The notes beneath the pieces are model-generated. The model was given only the letters and a program-made list of their open reading frames with translations. It was not told where the DNA came from and made no database searches. 64,000 bases of DNA from Takakia lepidozioides (taxonomy: Eukaryota; Plantae; Bryophyta): assembly GCA_030704615.1 (NCBI GenBank), contig CM060732.1, positions 18,228,001 through 18,292,000 of the forward strand, given 5' to 3'. This document shows, in pieces, positions 61,047 through 64,000 of this stretch. Numbering within the stretch: the stretch's first letter is position 1; every line of letters begins with the position of its first letter. The position numbers and the translations under genes were made by a program.

Positions 61047-63887
61047 ATGGAGGAGGATCGGAGCAAAAGGCAGTTTCGGTTCTGCATCGACAGAGGGGGT
61101 ACCTTTACAGATATTTATGCCGAGGTTTTTTCTCACGGGCTTGTGCTTGAATTATCTCTAAGTTTGCGCTCACCTCCCCACAATTTGACGGTGGGTTTTG
61201 GATTGCAGTGATTCCGTCTCGAGATTTGGCATACTCGTTCAGGAGTCTCTATGATATTCTTATTGGTCAATTCAATAGCACAGCGTCCCATGCGATGTGC
61301 CAATGATATCACAATTTCCCTGGACACTGGAAAATCATAGCCAGTCAAAGGTGGTATTTTAAATAGATCGGTTTGATTGATACTGCCCGAGTGAAAGCTT
61401 TCGTGTTAATTAGATCAAGCAGGGCGCTTTTTCAATGCTTAATCACGAATCTACTTTCGCTATGTTACTTCAAGCGAACTTGCATTTGTGATTTTCCAAC
61501 TCCATTCTGCCCAAGAATTTCGGGTGAAGTATATTCGAATCCATGCATAAAGCCAGTGGATGTATAAGAGAAGCTGAGCTGGTTCCTTCAACACTGTAAC
61601 ACTGCCAAGGGCAGACCACTACAAGTAGACCTACTCGTTTGGATGGCAGAACAAACATTGATTGTATTGTATGGAATGATATGTAATTCCCATCTTTGCT
61701 TGCTTGAGGTAGGTACCGGGGGAGCCCAGCTGGCGTGCTACCAAGCTGTTGTCTGTGGATCCCGCAAACTATGAGGATGCTCCTCGCGAGGGGATTCGCC
61801 GCATACTTGAAGAGGTAATGGTCTGAATGGATTTGCCCCATCCAAAAGCAATTGCATTCCCTTTTCTTCCTACTCCATGACACGAGTTCTTCATATTTAT
61901 TCATGATTCTCTGTCATTGTCTCTCATCCTCTAGTTTTCATTTTCTAAGTCTCTCTCCAACCATATTTGACCCATTTTGTATCTTTCTCACCAGCTTTGA
62001 AACCTAGAACACATGCAGCCTTCACCAAAAGTAATGCAACTTTTACTCCCAGGTGACAGGAGAGAAGATTTCACGTTCTGTGAAGCTACCTACAGAGCGC
62101 ATTGACTGGATTCGCATGGGTTGGACATCTCTCCTGTACCTGCACAAGGCACCACGCTCAGCATATTTTCAAGCAATTCAAGCAATTTTTGCAAAGGAAG
62201 ATCATTTATCTTGTATTAAATGTCCACATAGAAGATGCACATGAATATAAGTTGATTGTGTGTTCTGTACAATCATACTCTGAATTTTGGTCAACTTTGT
62301 TTCACTAAACAGCTTTCTGACAACAGGTACAACAGTGGCAACCAATGCCTTGCTGGAAAGGAAGGGAGAGCGTACAGCTCTTTGTGTAACTAAGGTGTCT
62401 CTCTCTCTGAAACTGAAGAACACTTCTTCTTCCATTGCCCTCTATACTATGAATCCGTGGGAGATTCCACTGTCTATTCCGTGGAACCCAATCTCTCACT
62501 GAAGTCTTTCACTATGAAGATCGGAAATGCTTGGCAGCTTACCTGCACGAGGCACTCACCCTTAGACAATCACTCGAACAATAGTTCTTATCTCTGGCTC
62601 TGGTTTTCTGTTTCCCCTCTCATGTTTTCTTTCCATTTTGTCCCATAAGCTCTATGAGCTTTCCGCCAAGCTCGTCCTAAGATATTTGACCTCACTGTTT
62701 CAAAGCCACCATCCCTGTACGTATGCTGAAGAGACGCCTCCACTTTTTCTGCTCCTCCATTATTCCAAATCTCGTTGGGTTTGATGAGGATAATGTTGAA
62801 AGAAGGGCATCTCTGCCTGCATTTGCATGAGATAGCAAGGGGAGGGGTTTAACTTTTGTGGAGGAAGGAGGTGCACATAAAGATGTATATAAATAGGACA
62901 TGCCTATTGTGGGGTTGGTGAACTGCATATGTGTTGGACTATTGGGCAAGGAAATGCATCAAGAGGCAAATAGACTCTTGGTTTCACTCAATATTGGAGG
63001 TCTTGAATAAGACGGCAGGGTGCAGGTATGAGGAAGTAATAGAGGCAGATGAGCGGGTCCAGCTGGCTCTCAATGGAGTACAGAGTCCAGGTGTAGGAGG
63101 GCTTCACACAGTGAAAGGGGTGTCGGGTGAGATGGTGGAGATTGTGAAACCTCTGGATGAAGAGAGCCTCAGGCCTTTGTTGCAGGTAGGGAAGACTGTA
63201 ATGTGTCCCGCTTTTCACTTGATGTTAGTGCAGGAAGGGCTACTATAAATCAGGCCAGTGGGCCATGGTCACTGACAAACCACAAAAGACCACAACATAT
63301 CTACTGTCAAAGCTTCTGAAACAAAACAATGGCAGTTTGTCATCTATGCATGTCACTTTGTTTACTGAGGTAGATCATGACAACGTATTACGGTCATGTA
63401 AAGCAATTTGGGTGTAGTGTTGCGACCATATTTAGGTGTGCACATGTCATTGGATATATTTTCCTATTATATAGAATGCAGGTCCTGGGAACCATCAGTC
63501 CTAGAGACACCATAATCCTAAGTTGAGATTACTTGCCAAGCCTAGTTAGAAGACCAGAGTTATCTCTGATCTTTTCTTAAACATTTTCCAAGTTGTGGCT
63601 GTCATTGAATAGTATCAGCTTGACAGCAATTATACCCTGCTTGGAGCATCCTATGTCTAAGATATTGTCCTGTGCAAGTAGTCTGGGACTTCCTGGATCT
63701 GCAAGTTTGATAAAGTTGAAGCTTGTTTTATTGGGGTGTGTAATTCAGGTTACACATGGCCAGTTTTAGCAGCCATAGCTTGTGATCTAAATGGTCTTTG
63801 TTGGACATGAAGGGACTTCTGGAGAAAGGGATTCGAAGCCTAGCAGTGGTCTTCTTGCATTCTTATACTTACCCTGTTCATGAACAG
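61047..63887 (+). CDS. OXP1: 5-oxoprolinase, 5' part (continues beyond the window)
   Basis: Exons 61047-61124 ([17 protein letters not shown]), 61713-61814 ([24 protein letters not shown]), 62053-62119 (IRMG), 62327-62394 ([15 protein letters not shown]), about 62665-62716 (QARPKIFDL), 63026-63185 and 63813-63887 ([12 protein letters not shown]). Confidence 0.92.
62400..62580 (+). mobile_element. LINE 3' fragment inside OXP1
   Basis: [25 protein letters not shown]...[18 protein letters not shown], read across frameshifts, resembles a LINE ORF2 C-terminal zinc-knuckle tail. Confidence 0.6.
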
Positions 63888-64000
63888 GTGATTTCCCATC
63901 CTTTTACCTCCTTAGGCATTGTGGGTACAAAATATTGCGGATGTCTGGTTATGTGATACTTTTTTGAATGTAAGAACCGGATGTCTGGTTATGTGATATT

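Overview
Eukaryotic, intron-rich plant nuclear DNA, most likely from a non-seed land plant (inferred from the gene structures and transposon families, not proven). There are four host genes: a large CCCH zinc-finger gene (SOP1/ZC3H3-like, + strand, <105-10047), an At4g15545-like coiled-coil gene (- strand, 46129-52220), a Rab1/RabD GTPase (+, 53701-58497), and the 5' part of 5-oxoprolinase (+, 61047 to the window end). A nested transposon island of about 32 kb (11256-43457) lies between the first two genes and contains piggyBac, CACTA, Ty3/Gypsy and Sola-like pieces. The main feature is a 10.75 kb Ty3/Gypsy element (15617-26368, 4-bp target duplication ATGG, splitting a CACTA ORF). It encodes Gag-PR-[DNMT3-like cytosine methyltransferase]-RT-RNaseH-integrase-PHD. 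It has a tRNA-independent self-priming site and carries antisense, intron-less host gene fragments (GMP synthase, SUMO E2 SCE1, YaaW-like). Its terminal repeats are permuted (X...Y-X-Y), and the element ends map to an internal palindrome GACA-GC-TGTC, which suggests integration from a circular intermediate. All calls were made by eye from motifs; no database searches were run.
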